DNA of 64,000 bases from Lama guanicoe. Taxonomy: Eukaryota. Positions 1-13,779 of this stretch are shown one piece after another (the stretch's first letter is position 1; the number at the start of each line of letters is the position of its first letter). The notes beneath the pieces are model-generated. The model searched no databases, had not been told where the DNA came from, and saw only the letters and a list, made by a program, of their open reading frames with translations. The DNA is taken from the NCBI GenBank assembly GCA_013239625.1, contig MU054400.1:1037146-1101145 (forward strand), in the 5' to 3' direction. The position numbers and the translations under genes were made by a program.

Positions 1-139
1 AAAAACAATTCCCCAGTCCTATCCTAAAACTCCTCCAACTGCAAATTTCTGAATTTGGAGCCAGCAAAACTGAACTTTTTTCCAAGGATCTTCAGGTGAA
101 TCTGCTGATTTACCAGATTTAACAACCACTGATCTAGAG

Positions 140-268
140 ACTTGCTATCCAAGGACATCTGGAAGCTTGTTAGAAACAATGAATCTCAGGCCCAGCCTTA
201 GACCTACTAAATCAGAATCTGGAGTTTCCCAAGACTTCCAAGTACACTGAAGTTTGAGAAGCACTGAC
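140..268 (+). mobile_element. MER5-type DNA transposon fragment
   Basis: GCTTGTTAGAAA...AATCTCAGGCCC...ACCTACTAAATCAGAATCT...AGTTTGAGAAGCACTG. Confidence 0.7.
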
Positions 269-519
269 GCAGAGAGACTTCACTCTGTCTGCTAAGGACA
301 ATGTGTTTGATAAGACACAAGAGTAAACTGACCTGCAACCTGGAAAGGTCTGAGATTCCCCTATGGATTCTGAGGGCTGGCTAAAACTTTAAGAATTATT
401 TTGGTCCATTCCTTTGCCTTAAAACAGGCCTCCATCTCCGCCATCCAGAAAAGGTGAAGAAAAAAGGCTTCACCTATTCATGTCTAAGAAAGTCCTAAGT
501 CCAACCCCTCCAGTTGTGG

Positions 520-725
520 AGTTGGAGGAGATCTAGGTTTGAATTCCAGATTCGTTATTTGTTAACTGTGTTATTTTTGTCAAGTTACTTAACTTTTCTG
601 AATCTTTTTCATTATCTATAAAACCTGAATAATATTATTTATCTTACTGGGTTGCTAAGAGATCTAATAATATGTACAATGTCTAGCACAGGGCTCAGCA
701 CAGAATAGGCACTTAACAAATAACA
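520..725 (+). mobile_element. MIR
   Basis: GGTTTGAATTCCAG...CAAGTTACTTAACTTTTCTGAATCT...TATCTATAAAA matches the MIR core. Confidence 0.75.
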
Positions 726-3249
726 GCCAATAGTAACAGTGTTCTAACGTTTGCCTCGTTTCACAGGGTACAAGAAAGGCTTCTACAGTAGACGAAAAAG
801 ACTTGACACAAGGGAGATGGAAACAGCTGGCTGTGTAGAGGGCTCAGGAAACCAAGAATTTACCCCCAACCTCACCTGCATCCTTGCAGAGGAATGACAG
901 CACCAGGTGAAGGATAGAGCCTTTCTGCTTCTTCAAAGAAAGAGGGGTGTGGATGGGCTGCCTCAGAATATCTCCCCAAGCGCTCTAGCAAGGGGCCAAG
1001 GCTCCATGCAGCTCCTGTAACACTTCCCAGAATGAGGCTGCTCCATATTAACCTACTGGGATCCCTGCCAGAAACTAAGCTTGAGGCTTGATGGCTCCCT
1101 GCATCTTACAAGTTAGGACAGAGGGAAAAAAAGAAAGTAAAGGCCTTACAACCAGGAAGATTGTAAGACTAGTGAGTACACCTCTGTGTGCATGTATTTG
1201 TATGTAGATACGTGCAAATGTGTGTATATAGAAAGATCCAGGTGGCTTAATAAAATGGGGGGGGTGGAGCTCACAAAGTATCTAAAACGCAATGTGTTTT
1301 AACTGGAGGCTAACAGAGAAAGGAAAGCAAATCCACTAGGTCTCACAGACATCAAGATCAACTATATTGATCAGACAATAAAAGGCAAGTCTGCTGAAAG
1401 TTGGGGAAGAAGAAAAGACTCTCTAGCTACAAATACTTCATGCTGTTCAAGACCTAGAAGGGTTCTCACACCTAGAAAGCCCAGGTCACTGTTTCTATTG
1501 CAAGTCTCTTAAAGGAAAGATCATGTGGTTGCTAAAGTAAAGAAACATTTTTGGGGTCCCAATTACAAAAATAACCATCATTAATTTGTAAAACAGAGAA
1601 AAGCAGAAATCAGAAAATAAACACCACCACTCCCTACTACCACTCGGTGTATTTTTTTTCCAGGTCCTTCACTACTTAACCCCCTAGTCACAAATATACA
1701 TATTTTTCTCCATTTATAAAAATGTGATCTCATACATATTATTTATATATTTGATACAGCAGTAACATCTTTCCAAATTAAACAATACACTTCTACATAC
1801 TTTTTAATGGCTATAAGGTAATTCACTACATGGGTATGCTAACATCTATCAAATGCATTCCCTGTTACTGAACATATATACTGTGTCCAAATTTTCAGTA
1901 ATATAAAACACACTGCAATGAACATTCTTGTATCTAAATCCAGGTGCCTGTGCTATGCCAAGATCTCTTACTCTTTGCATTGTGAATCTAAGCTCCAAAA
2001 GACGGCTATGGGGGGCTGGCTTGCTGAAATCAGCAATGGTACCTCATATTATGTCTTGAATTCTGGTATTTCCCACTAGAATCATGATTTTTGTGGAAGG
2101 AGGACCATGTTAAGATTTACAAGTATTCTGAATTTAAGTTAACATAATCCTTTACAAGCTTTATAGCTAACAAGTCCAGTAAATTGACTTCAACCCCTGA
2201 TTTTGGAGGGCTCTGTTGGAAATGGAGTAAATCCTGAGAATCAGCTTTGGCAAGACGCATAAAATTTTGCCTTATACCCACCAAAGTCACCCAAGTAAAG
2301 AGCCTCTCACAGCATACCACAGAGGTTTAGCTACCTTAAGTACCTCAACAAACACTTGAAAAAAATTTCTCTTAAGCTGTAAAATCAGGATCCAATTGAG
2401 CACTGCCTTTATCTAAGTACAAAGCCCATGTCTACTTACAAGCGATAATACCACCCAATCAGAAAAGATAAAAGAGTAAACAAAAGAACTGGTCCACTAT
2501 CCTGATTTTACCCAAATCTTCATTTTTTCCTATGGAAGGTGGAAACTGATTTCTATTCTACTCAAGGATGCTAATAGTTAATGTATAGATTATTCAGAAG
2601 AAAACAATGTCTATACAAGATATTTTCAGCTTTTTGCTCCCCAGGGCATTTCCAGGCATGAGGCTTTCTACTCAGAATAACAGGAAGCCTTATCTCTAAA
2701 TTGCAAACTACTGGAGAACAAATTGTTGTTGTATACTAATTATCTGCCTGGTATATTAAGAGATAATAAACTTTTAATAATGACAGTATTAAAATAATGA
2801 TAATATAATCTCTTTTCTCTCACTCTTACTTCCTGAGCATTGTAACACAAAGACTTGAGGACAACATGGTTATATATTTGCACACTGAAAAGCAAGATCT
2901 CTCTGCAGGTGTTATTTTGAGCTCCAAAAAACTCCTTGTGTGACTGTGAGGGGAACCTCCTTTTGCTGAATACCCTACCACTGTATTTTCAAGCTCCTAC
3001 TTCACACCCTCTCCCCAGAGAGGATGTGTAATACGTAACTGTTCAATCTTTGTCATCAGACAAACAATGAATGGCAACTGGGCAAGGCCACTTTCACCAC
3101 TGCTTTAGACTAAGAAAAAACAAGGTTCATCTAGCTGAAGGAGCTTTTTAAAAAAATGAGTTTATTCACAACTTATCAACAATAATGGAAATAAAAAATG
3201 CCAAATTACTTTCCAAAAGGGTTTTATTGTTTTGTTCTTTATTTAAAAA

Positions 3250-3371
3250 AATTTTTTTAGCCGGGGTGGTAATTAGGTTTACTTATTTATTTAATGAAGG
3301 TACTGGGGATTGAACCCAGGACCTAGTGCATGCTAGGCGCGTACTCTACCACCAAGCTATACCCTTCTCCC
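3250..3371 (-). mobile_element. Vic-1-like SINE
   Basis: GGTACTGGGGATTGAACCCAGGACC...CTCTACCACC.AGCTATACCC. Confidence 0.88.
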
Positions 3372-4015
3372 TCAAAAAAGGGTTTTAGTAGTAATGTGTA
3401 TATTACCTATTCCATCACATCCTTATCAGAACCAGGTAACACTTTACCTTTAATTTGTACACAGGAAAATATTTTGCTTTTATTCGTATTCCTTTTATGG
3501 TGGAATTAAATATAATATCCTATAATTTATTAAATGTACTTCCTGTCATATATATTATATCTAAATAAATTATTTTTAAATGTTTAAGCTATTTGGGATA
3601 TGACTGACATACAGAAAATAGCCATTTACAAGGCAGAAAAATGCTCACTTCTTAAGTGTATTAATTTGGCCAGAAATACACTCAATGACCGGAACCATCA
3701 AACCATTGCCACCACTTTCTCCTCCTCCACCACTGCCATTAATTATATCAACAACTTACTAATAAGCACATGTTCTAGGCACTGTGCTAAGTTTATCTTA
3801 CTTAATTTTAATTCTCTTCATGACTCTGCTACGCAGGTACTACTACTCTTTTCATTTATTTTAAAGGTGAAAGAAAGGTTTAGAAGGTGTCTGGCTTGTC
3901 CAAGTGCACAAAGCTAAAAAAAAAATGGAGCCCAGATTCAACCCATGAATCTCTGAATCCAAATATACAATACAAAATGACTTAATCAAATGTGTTGGTA
4001 CATTTATTTATTTTT

Positions 4016-4129
4016 AAAGTCTGTTACAACACCTGGTATTACCAGGTGGTTTTCCATCCAAGTACTAGACAGGCCTGACCCTGCTCAGCTTCTGAGATCA
4101 GGTGTGTCCAGAGTGGTATGGCCGTAGAC
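4016..4129 (-). pseudogene. 5S rRNA retropseudogene
   Basis: Reverse complement reads GTCTACGGCCATACCACTCTGGACACACCTGATCTC...AGTACTTGGATGG...AATACCAGGTGTTGTA..CTTT plus an A-tail. It has a ~10-nt internal deletion and CpG decay relative to the 5S consensus. Confidence 0.93.
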
Positions 4130-6619
4130 AAACTTGCTGATATTTCTGACATACATTTACTATAATTCCTTTAGTAAAGAGACCAACAAATTGGAAACTA
4201 ATGACTAAGCTAATATGTGACCTAAAAAAAGAATGGGCAAATCTCTAGCTTTGTCTGTGGACACCAAGAACAGGCAAATAAGGAAAATAACTACTTATCA
4301 AGGGCTCCCTCAAAGTGCAAAAAATAAGATTTGATTACATCCCACTGGCTGCTGAACAAATATTAAAATTGCCTGAGAGCTTGTTTAAAATTCCAGTTCC
4401 TGGGTTTCACTGAAGGAAGTCATGAATCAGTACAGAGTGGAGACCAGCAAGCTTGCATTTTTAACATATACCCAAAGTGATTGTAATGCAGATGGTTCCT
4501 GGATCATGCTTAGTAAACAAAGGCCTAAACAATCAGAAATTAAATATTCATTAATTTAAAAGAACATGGACTGGCAAAGGAAGCCATGAAGGAAATGCCC
4601 AAGGAAAGCAAGAAGCAAATGAAGTAACTACATTGTCTTATCATTAACCTTCTGCAAGTAGTTAGCCTGCCAGCACCTCCCTGCAAACCTCTGATTTCAG
4701 CAACCCAGGTCTCCCCATCCTCCAAAGCTACAGGGCTGCAGGAACAAGCCCTAAATTCACCAAAGGCCCTGCTGCCAAGCATGTGACTCAATTCTCCAGA
4801 TGAGAAAGGTGATTAACAAGATAGGATTATTCATTATTAAGGGCTAGACATGAACCAGAAGGGGGAAAAAAAGTTATCCAAAGGAGACTGTTAGTTTTGT
4901 CGACCAACTCCCTAGTTGAGTCCACAGTCTCCTTCCTTGGTTTCTGCCCTGCATCAGCCAAATGGGTTTATTCAGAGTCCCTCAACATGCCTTGTACGTT
5001 CCTGACTCTGCTATAGACTGGAGATCCCTGTTTTCTTTCCACTGTTGAAGTCTCTTTCTCCTCTAGGAAATCCTCTCTGAATACCCTGGCTATGAATGGT
5101 TTCCTCCTTGGAGCACTCCTGGTTGGCGCTACTAATGAGGCATCTATGTTGTCACTAACTTTGCACATGGCTAGGTTATCACATCTCAACCAAGCTAAGC
5201 AGAGGTCAGGACCTATGTATTATAGTGGTGTGCTGTTATGCTTTTTATAGGAAAAACTGGCATCTCATATTCCTGGAGCATTAATCAGGAGATGAAGGAT
5301 TTCCACTCTCCCCCAACACAATATTTTTACATTAAGAGAATCATAACTATTTTATAGTATGAAATGCAGAAAAATATTTATGATATTAACGGAACTTCAA
5401 AGACATTTCACACTTGGTCACAACTGTCCACTCACTGAGTAGTCCTTTGCCACCAAGGGTATTGCAGTTAAGTCTGAGGAGTACTTAGTACAATACAAAG
5501 AATTCTGACGTGGAAAAAGGAAAATGGGGACCCAAATTTAACTCACTATAGAATCTCAGATAAACAACTCTTCTCTCTTTGGGTCTGTTTCCTCAACTAC
5601 AGAAGAAAAAACAGAGGTCGGTGGTTAGGACTCAGTTATCTTTAACAGAGTCTGTCTGTCTCCCAGCTGTGTCTGAGATTTGTTTTTATATCATTGCAAC
5701 CCCACACGAAGTAGTGTCTTGTTATATAGGAGAAGTTCAACAAATGTTTAGAAATTTAGTAAAAGCAGACAGAAACCACAAAATTGTTCCACTAAATTCT
5801 GGCCAATGAGATGTAGAAATATTACTCCAATTCCTCTCACATTCAAAAACTGACCTGATGAGAACACTCCCATCTCATATGTGAGAGAGATTGGCAGCCT
5901 CAAAGGATCCAAAGGCACTTAAGCAGTTTAAGAAGCCAAATTTTGCAATCCAACTATAATCCTGGATTGAAACCAACTGCCAATTTTGGGTCAGTTTCTT
6001 CCTTTTATCTCCTAGACCAGGAAATGAAGAATCCTGCTTAAGGGTCAAGCAGAAAAGCAATACTACTAGGTATCATCATGACAAACACTCATTTGTCTGA
6101 CACAACCTGAACCAGATCCAGGCACTGCTCCCATTCCAACAGAAAAAATATCCATATGTCAGTTTGAGAAATAAAGACTTTTTTCTCTGACTGTAATGAC
6201 TGTCAAGGATCTAGCAAGGGACAAAAGCCTCGAGCACAGGAGTCTGTATGTTCCTCCTATGTTCATCCTCCAACGTCCCAAGCTTCTAACAGACCATACC
6301 TGAAATAAAGGGCTCGGGTCACTTAAGAGAAAAACTGCCCGCCTCAAGCTCCATGGTGATCGTCAACTGGGGACATGATGACTGAAAGTGCATGTTTGTG
6401 TGCCTGTGTGTACATGTGCATGTGCCTGAATGTCATGGTAACTGGGGGCTCAGGGTAGGGGGATTGCTGGCACCTATGAAGCAGAGGCCAGGAATGCAAA
6501 ATATCCAGCAATATGAGGTAAAGTCCCAGACAAGGAAGAAATCACCGAAACACTATCAGCATTCTTGAATCCCTCCATAGGACTGCTGGCTCAGGCCCCA
6601 ACATTCTTTCTAAAAAATC

Positions 6620-8062
6620 TTTTTCTTTTTATTGAAATATACTTGATTTACAATATTGTATTAGTTTCATGTGTACAATATAGGAACTCAAAATTTTTAT
6701 AGATTGTAATCCATTTAAAGTTATTATGGGGAGAGGGTATAGCCTCAGTGGTAGAGTGCATGCTTAGTATGCACAAGGTCCTGGGTTCAATCCCCAGTAC
6801 CTCCATTAAAATAAATAAGTAAATAAATAAACCAAATTAAATTACCTCCCCCCAAAACAAAACCCAAAACAAACAAAACCACCAGAAAAAAAACATTTAA
6901 AGTCATTATAAAATATTGGCTATATTCCCTGTGTTGTATAATACATCCGTGTCATTTATTTTATACATAATAGTTTGCACCTCTTAATCCCCTACCCCTA
7001 TCTTGCCTCCCTTTCCCTCTCCCTACTGGTAATCACAATTTTGTTCTGTGAATCTGTTTGTTATGTTCTATACATTCACTTGTTCTATTTTTTAGATTCC
7101 ACCCATAAGTAGTAACATACTGTATTTGTTTTTCTTTGTCTGACTTATTTCGCTAAGCATAATATCCCCCATGTCAATCTATGCTGTTGCAAATGGCAAA
7201 ATTTCATTCTTTATGGCTTCCATTTTGTGTATGTGTGTGTGTGTGTGCATATACCACATCTCCTCTAACCATTCATTTGTTAATAAGACGCTTAGGTTGC
7301 TTCCTTATTTTGGCTATTGTAAATAATGCTGCTACGTACATTGGGGTGTGTGAATCTTTCTGAATTAGTGTTTTTGCTTTCCTTAGATATACACCCAGGA
7401 GTGGAATTCTGGATCATATGGTAGTTCTATTTTTAGTTTTTTGAGGAACTTCCATACTGTTTTCTATAGTGGCTGCACCAATTTACATTCCCACCAACAG
7501 CATACAAAGGTTCCCTTTTCTCCACATCCTCATCAATATTTGTTATTTGTAGACTTTTTTGATGATAGTCATTCTGACAGGTATGAGGTGATATCTCATT
7601 GTGGTTTTGATTTGCATTTCTCTGATGACTAGCCATGTTGAACATCTTTTCATGTGCCTGTTGGCCATCTGTATGTCTTCTTTGGAAAATGTCTATTTAG
7701 GTCTTCTGCCCAATTTTAATTGGGTTGTTTGTTTTTTGATATTGAATTGTATGAGCTACTTATATGTTTTGGATATTAACCCCTTATCAGTCGTATCACT
7801 TGCAAATATTTTCTCCCACTCAGCAGGCTGTCTTTTCATTTTGTCAATGGTTTCCTTTGCTGTGCAAAAGCGTTTAAGTTTTGTTTTGTTTTTTAATTGC
7901 AGTATAATCAATTACAATGGTGTCCACTTCTGGTGTGCAACACAATGTCCCAGTCATGCATATACATATATATATTCATTTTCATATTCCAAAACTTTTT
8001 AAGTTTAATTAGGTACCATTTGTTTAATTTTGCTCTTGTTTCTTTTTTCTTTGGAGATAGAT
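6620..8062 (-). mobile_element. L1 3' end (ORF2 C-terminus and 3'UTR) with a nested SINE and a nested short L1 end (~7882-7989)
   Basis: Typical L1 antisense text GGATCATATGGTAGTTCTATTTTTAGTTTTTTGAGGAAC...TTTACATTCCCACCAACAG...GTGGTTTTGATTTGCATTTCTCTGATG. Confidence 0.92.
6728..6893 (+). mobile_element. tRNA-derived SINE (Vic-1-like) with TSD
   Basis: A box TAGCCTCAGTGG, B box GGTTCAATCCC and A-rich tail. TSD CATTTAAAGTTATTAT (6712-6727) / CATTTAAAGTCATTAT (6894-6909). Confidence 0.92.
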
Positions 8063-11000
8063 CCTGGAGCCCATACCTGTGCTAATCCAAGCAAGGCTTT
8101 CTTAAGATGAAGACAAGTGAGAAAGGGACAGCCAACTCTAGCACCATCACATATAAAATGCATAAACTTACACCTACTGCTCCTCTTCCTAAAGCCTTAT
8201 AACATCAATTAACTTTACATAGAACCTTAGAATTTTTGAAGCATTTTTGTAATGATTTCCAGTCCAGAAACACTTCTGCACATGCGCCCCAGCAGAATGA
8301 ATTTGTCAAGACTGCAATTCTATAACTTCCACATCTAAAAATCTTTCTCTCCGAAAGAGTCAAATATTCTGAAAATAAGACAAAGACTAATTTGGGGATA
8401 AATCTGAACATTTCTTACCAGAGAATAACCATGTGCCGTTTAAAAAATGACTAATTAGCAGCTTACTATTCTAACTACAAAATTTACATGGATCATACAG
8501 ATAAGAATGCTGCTAACCTGAGATGTACCCCTGGCTGGACCCAAAAAATTCTGCAGCATTTTAAGCATTTTCTAAAAGACTGTAATCCCACTGGTAAAAA
8601 GAAATAGTAAGATGAGGAGGAATGAATAAAAAAATCTGGTCAGAGCGAAACTCCAGAGCGAAACAAACTTTCTCTTTGTTTCCCTGTGTCTCAAATGGAG
8701 TTTCATAATCAGCTTTTGTGATTTCAGGAATCTGAATACGTAAACACAGTGATATAACATTATAGCTATTTTGTCAACTCTGGTAATTACTATTCCACCC
8801 CACTCCCAAAATCAGCTTCTCAAAGTTCTTTGTCCTCTCATCTGGCAACAAATGGCAGCCCAAGCTCACCTTGTCTGTTTCGTTATGATCCACCAAGCCT
8901 ATCTGTGAAGTCAGCAGTATGCCTCTGACCATTACTTTGGGAGATAGTGAAAAGATAAAAGCAGCCCTGGCATCCAGGAGTTAGCCTGGTACTATCAGTT
9001 AGGCCTTAGTGTCTTGGTAAAAATAATTAATTTCATAGGAAATTTTCCTGTGAAAATCCTATTTCCTTAAGCTTTCCCCAAACCACCCTTGTAAATCCTT
9101 TCTAACACCCTCTTACTGAGAAGCTTCATGGTTCCCTATGGTGGAGGTTCTCCCTTGCTGCAAGGAGCAACTGTATCTACCACAGGTGAGTCAGTCCCTG
9201 GAAGTAAAAAAACAGGGAAATAATGCCCACATTTAAAATACCTCAAATTCTGCATACGTTTTCACTCTGCCTATCACCATCTTTCCTAAACAGGCCCCTC
9301 TCAAAATAATCTATATTCTTGAATTGTTTCTGGTATTCCTTGTTCCCTTGGAGCAGTTGAATTGTCCTCTGACCTCCTTGCTCCCCTTGGAGCAGTTCTT
9401 CCTGCCCCATAAATGTAGGTGTCCTCCAAGGTTCTGTTCTTAGTCTCTCTGTCAGTAACAATGGTTCTTACCTATTTTTGGCTCACAGTATTCCCTTTGA
9501 AAATCTAATGAAATCTATGGACTGCTCCCCACACCATCCTCCCCAGATTGTGCCCAGAGAATACATATATTTGCAATTTTAGGGAAGATTTTTAGGACTC
9601 AAGTGTGACTTCTCTACCCTCTCTCCCATGGTAATAGAACAATTTCAATAATGTCTTTTACCTATATGACTCCTAAACCACTAACTTCAATCTTTACCAA
9701 CTCCTAAACTTGAACTAACCAAAAGCACAAAACTAAACTCATTCCTCTTCAAATCTGCTTAATACTCATCCTGCCATCCTTTCAGTTAGTTACCCAGGTA
9801 CAAGATACCAGTATTAACTGCGAGTTATTCCTCTAGAGGGATTAGATCTGCCTATAGCATCATATATGGATTCTACCTCTAAGATGTCTTATATCTGTCT
9901 CCTCCTCACCCTCTCCCTGACACTGTCCTGGTTTTGCCCTCATTACCCTCATCTGTACCTTAGCACCAGCATCCTATAATTGCTCTCTCTAAAGTATTAG
10001 TCCAACCACATCATTTTCTGTTTCAAATCCTTGGGCTTATCTCTCCTTTCCTCACAGAATAAAATCTTAGCTTGCCATTCAAGGGCTTCTATACTGTGAT
10101 CCTAATAAACCTTCCCAATCTTAAACTCTCCTCTAGACACCTAAAGCTCTTGTCACACAGGATTCTCAATGTTGTTCATAAATGGTAGACACTGTTCCCT
10201 ATAAAAATCCAGACTTCCAGTTTCTCTTCAAAAAGAAAAAGAATATCTGTTAACACTAGACCCAAATTCTCACATGGCAACAACTGGCTGGAGCCAAAAT
10301 GCCTTCTCTGGCAGCCCCCACTTCTTTGCAGTCCCCACCACTTACTATCTAGTGCCTAGCAAGCTTCTGTTATTTAGCTTTTCTATATGGCTCTGGACAC
10401 AATGTGCCTTTGTATCACTAACCCGGGAATATATACCTACCTACCCATCCTGGTCCCCAAACTCGTATTTCAATTAACGTTATACTACCTCTCCTTCTTT
10501 AAATAATCCTGTGCTTACTGGGCCCAGGGAATTTAGGGAAGTCAAATGGACTGCTCCTAGTTTGAGTGTCAGCCCACTACACAGGGAAATTCCCACCTCA
10601 GGAATCAAGCTCCAGAAAAATTTGTAAAATATCTCTGCTGCTTTTTTCACAAAGGACGACCCACTGCCTCAGCAAACATTTCTATACTATAGCCCCAAGC
10701 CAGTTCACTTGGAAATGACTTGGCTTTTTAGCATCTGTGTACACTCGGTTAAATGCACATGAACACAAACAGGAGCCAAGAGAAAAACAGCTTCTAACCA
10801 GCAGATACATATTAAAAGGTTATTTCAGAATATAAATGGTTGTGGTATACTTTTCCTACTGAATACATTTAAATAATTTAATTGATGGCAAAATTTCAAT
10901 ACATCAAAAATTAATTTACTATTATTGAGAATCCAATGTGAACTCCTCCCTCCCCAAAATCTTCACATACAACCCAAAGATAGTTCTAATTGTTTAAATA

Positions 11001-12627
11001 ATTTCCCTTTCAAACTGAGGTAAGCCCCAGGGAGTGCCAAGAGCATTGGAAAAGGCTCTGGATTTATTATCACCACTACTATTTTTGAATAAGTAAGATA
11101 TTACTAACTTGAAATATTTCCCAAGATGTATACAGCCCCCTTTCTCAGCAATGAATACTACAACTCCCACTTTACAGATGGGAAAACAAAGGCACGGATA
11201 AGGGAATCATTTACCAAATATCACAAAGAGCAGTGTTCCTGTTTCCTTGCTTCGGTTCTGGAAGCTAAGCAAAGAAAAACACTAACTATAAAAAGAAAAC
11301 AAGTCCCCACTTAAACATTGTAAGTCAAGAGGACACAGAAAGACAGAAAGAGGTAGATATGAGTAGGTTAAATTACTACTAACATTATTCTCACCTTCAA
11401 AAGAGGGTCAATAAATTCAAGAAGCTGGAGACTATGATGACTAATTCAGTTTACAATTCAGCAACATTTGCTGGGCAAAACACTGTGACAGTTTGTGTGG
11501 GGTATGGAATGAAACCCTCTAAATGGGAGACTCTTTTTCTACTCCAGCTGACAACAATGACAGTTCTTTTAAACCAAGAGTGGTGGCTTGAGAAACTAGG
11601 AAAAGGAAGTTTTATAGAGGCTTGTCACCACTGTTTACTTTTGAAAGGCTTTTCTGTAACAAGTAGCCTCAACGGAAGAGGAAATAAAAGCTTGGCCTCA
11701 ACCACCATGGTATTATTTCCTTCCTTAAAACTCATGTTTAAATCTTTGCCTATATGCTTTATAAACAAACACTTCTCCTAGTACTTAAGATTTTCTTGAT
11801 CTAGAGCCATCTTCTCTTTCAATTGATCCGAGATGTATTTCTGCCCAGGGTAAATTTACCCAGCCATTATGACACTACTCATCTATTCACAAAGGGAAGG
11901 GTGAAAACAGAGAGAGCAGCTGGGCCTACATTTGACCTTTTCTCACAGGTTATTCAGAATCATTTCCCACCTGCAGGCCCTTCCTCTTTTCACTTGCCAT
12001 TCCCCTGAAATCATGCTATTTGTGCTCTTCTGTTCCAATCACATCCATAACATCCAGTTATGGATTAACTTATTTTATCCATGCCTGTAACTGTCCCAGT
12101 TAAATTTGCTGATAAATTTTCCCCTTAATTCATTTGTAACTGTCTTCTAAGTTAAGAAGTGTACTTTCCTACTCATGTCATGTTTAATTTTTCTTTCTTC
12201 TGAATCCTTTTCAGGAGGCTCCTTGGCAAAAATTAAACATATACATCCTGAAAAATACCACCACACATGCTTCTTTGCCCTTTCTTATAGGAAATGCATC
12301 TTTAGATTCTATTTCTTAAAAAAGAATGTTTGCCTTATTCCTATCTTCAGCCAAGTGTGATTTTAAATACTTCCACATATGCCCTTAGGCCAGCACACAC
12401 CACCTAGGTTTTCACTATCCTGTATCTTGAATGATGCCCTGAGCATTATTCTTTCCTGTCTTTCCTCTGAGGCCTCTGACTTAAAAAGCAACAACATAAA
12501 AAGAAAAGGAAAAAACAACCTAGACGCAGTGAAATACATATGGGCAAGAGGCCTAATAAAACAGACTCCTCTGACGATTTATCAGAAAAGAAATGGAAGT
12601 GGGAAAAGGAACAGAAAAGAGAAGTCA

Positions 12628-13044
<417 letters not shown>

Positions 13045-13779
13045 TCAGAAATCAGGGTTTTGGCTACCTTTGTCAGAATAAGGGCTCCTACTGTTATTAG
13101 AGAAATCATCAAGAACTCATCCTGCAGGATTTACATACAACGGAAGTACAAATACAGTAAAACAGGAAAGTCAATTTAGAAGTCCAGCTTAACTCTTGCA
13201 ACGTTGAAAAGATGCTGCTCATAGTCAAACCTACCTATGAGAAACAAGGGCTGAAAGACAAGGGAATGAAAGCAGAAAGGGTTTACTAAGGTCTTTTACA
13301 GGTTAATGATTCAAGTACCTTGAAGATAGGGAAAGGAATGACAAGCCCAAAGATTACCAGACCGACCTGGGCTGCATCTCTAATAGGTCCCCTCCTCTCT
13401 CTCGGCCTGTACTCCCCGCGGAGCATGGAAGGTACAGCCCAAGGAGACCGACTGGGGTCCCAGGTACTTCAGAGATGCCCTATCAAATGGCCGCCTCCCT
13501 ATCACCAAGTCCACGCTCCAGGCAGTTGCAGAATTCGAAAAACCAACCACCAACGGAGTGGGAGGCACGGGAAATATGAGTCTGAATACGCGTCCAATAG
13601 GGTCTTCCCCTCCAAAGAGAGAGGGTAAAGGATGATACCTGCAAACTGCTGTTTCTTTTAGTGGGTCCAAGTGCCAGAAAGCCCTGCTCAGGGCTAGGGT
13701 ATCCATAAGGAGGCTCATTCCTATATGATAAGCAATCTTCTCCGCTTCCCCCGGCCCCTGGAAGGCGAACTTCACTCTC

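Noticed and set aside
6728..6805. tRNA gene (here and at the other SINE heads)
   Set aside because: The A/B boxes belong to a dispersed SINE with a shared tail and TSDs.
7181..8085. Cluster of 60-133 aa ORFs (also 35629-35883)
   Set aside because: They are antisense or broken frames of L1 3' sequence.
11434..11552. Box C/D snoRNA (ATGATGA...CTGA) in DCAF12 intron 2
   Set aside because: It is antisense to the host gene, has no convincing terminal stem or guide, and such short motifs occur by chance.
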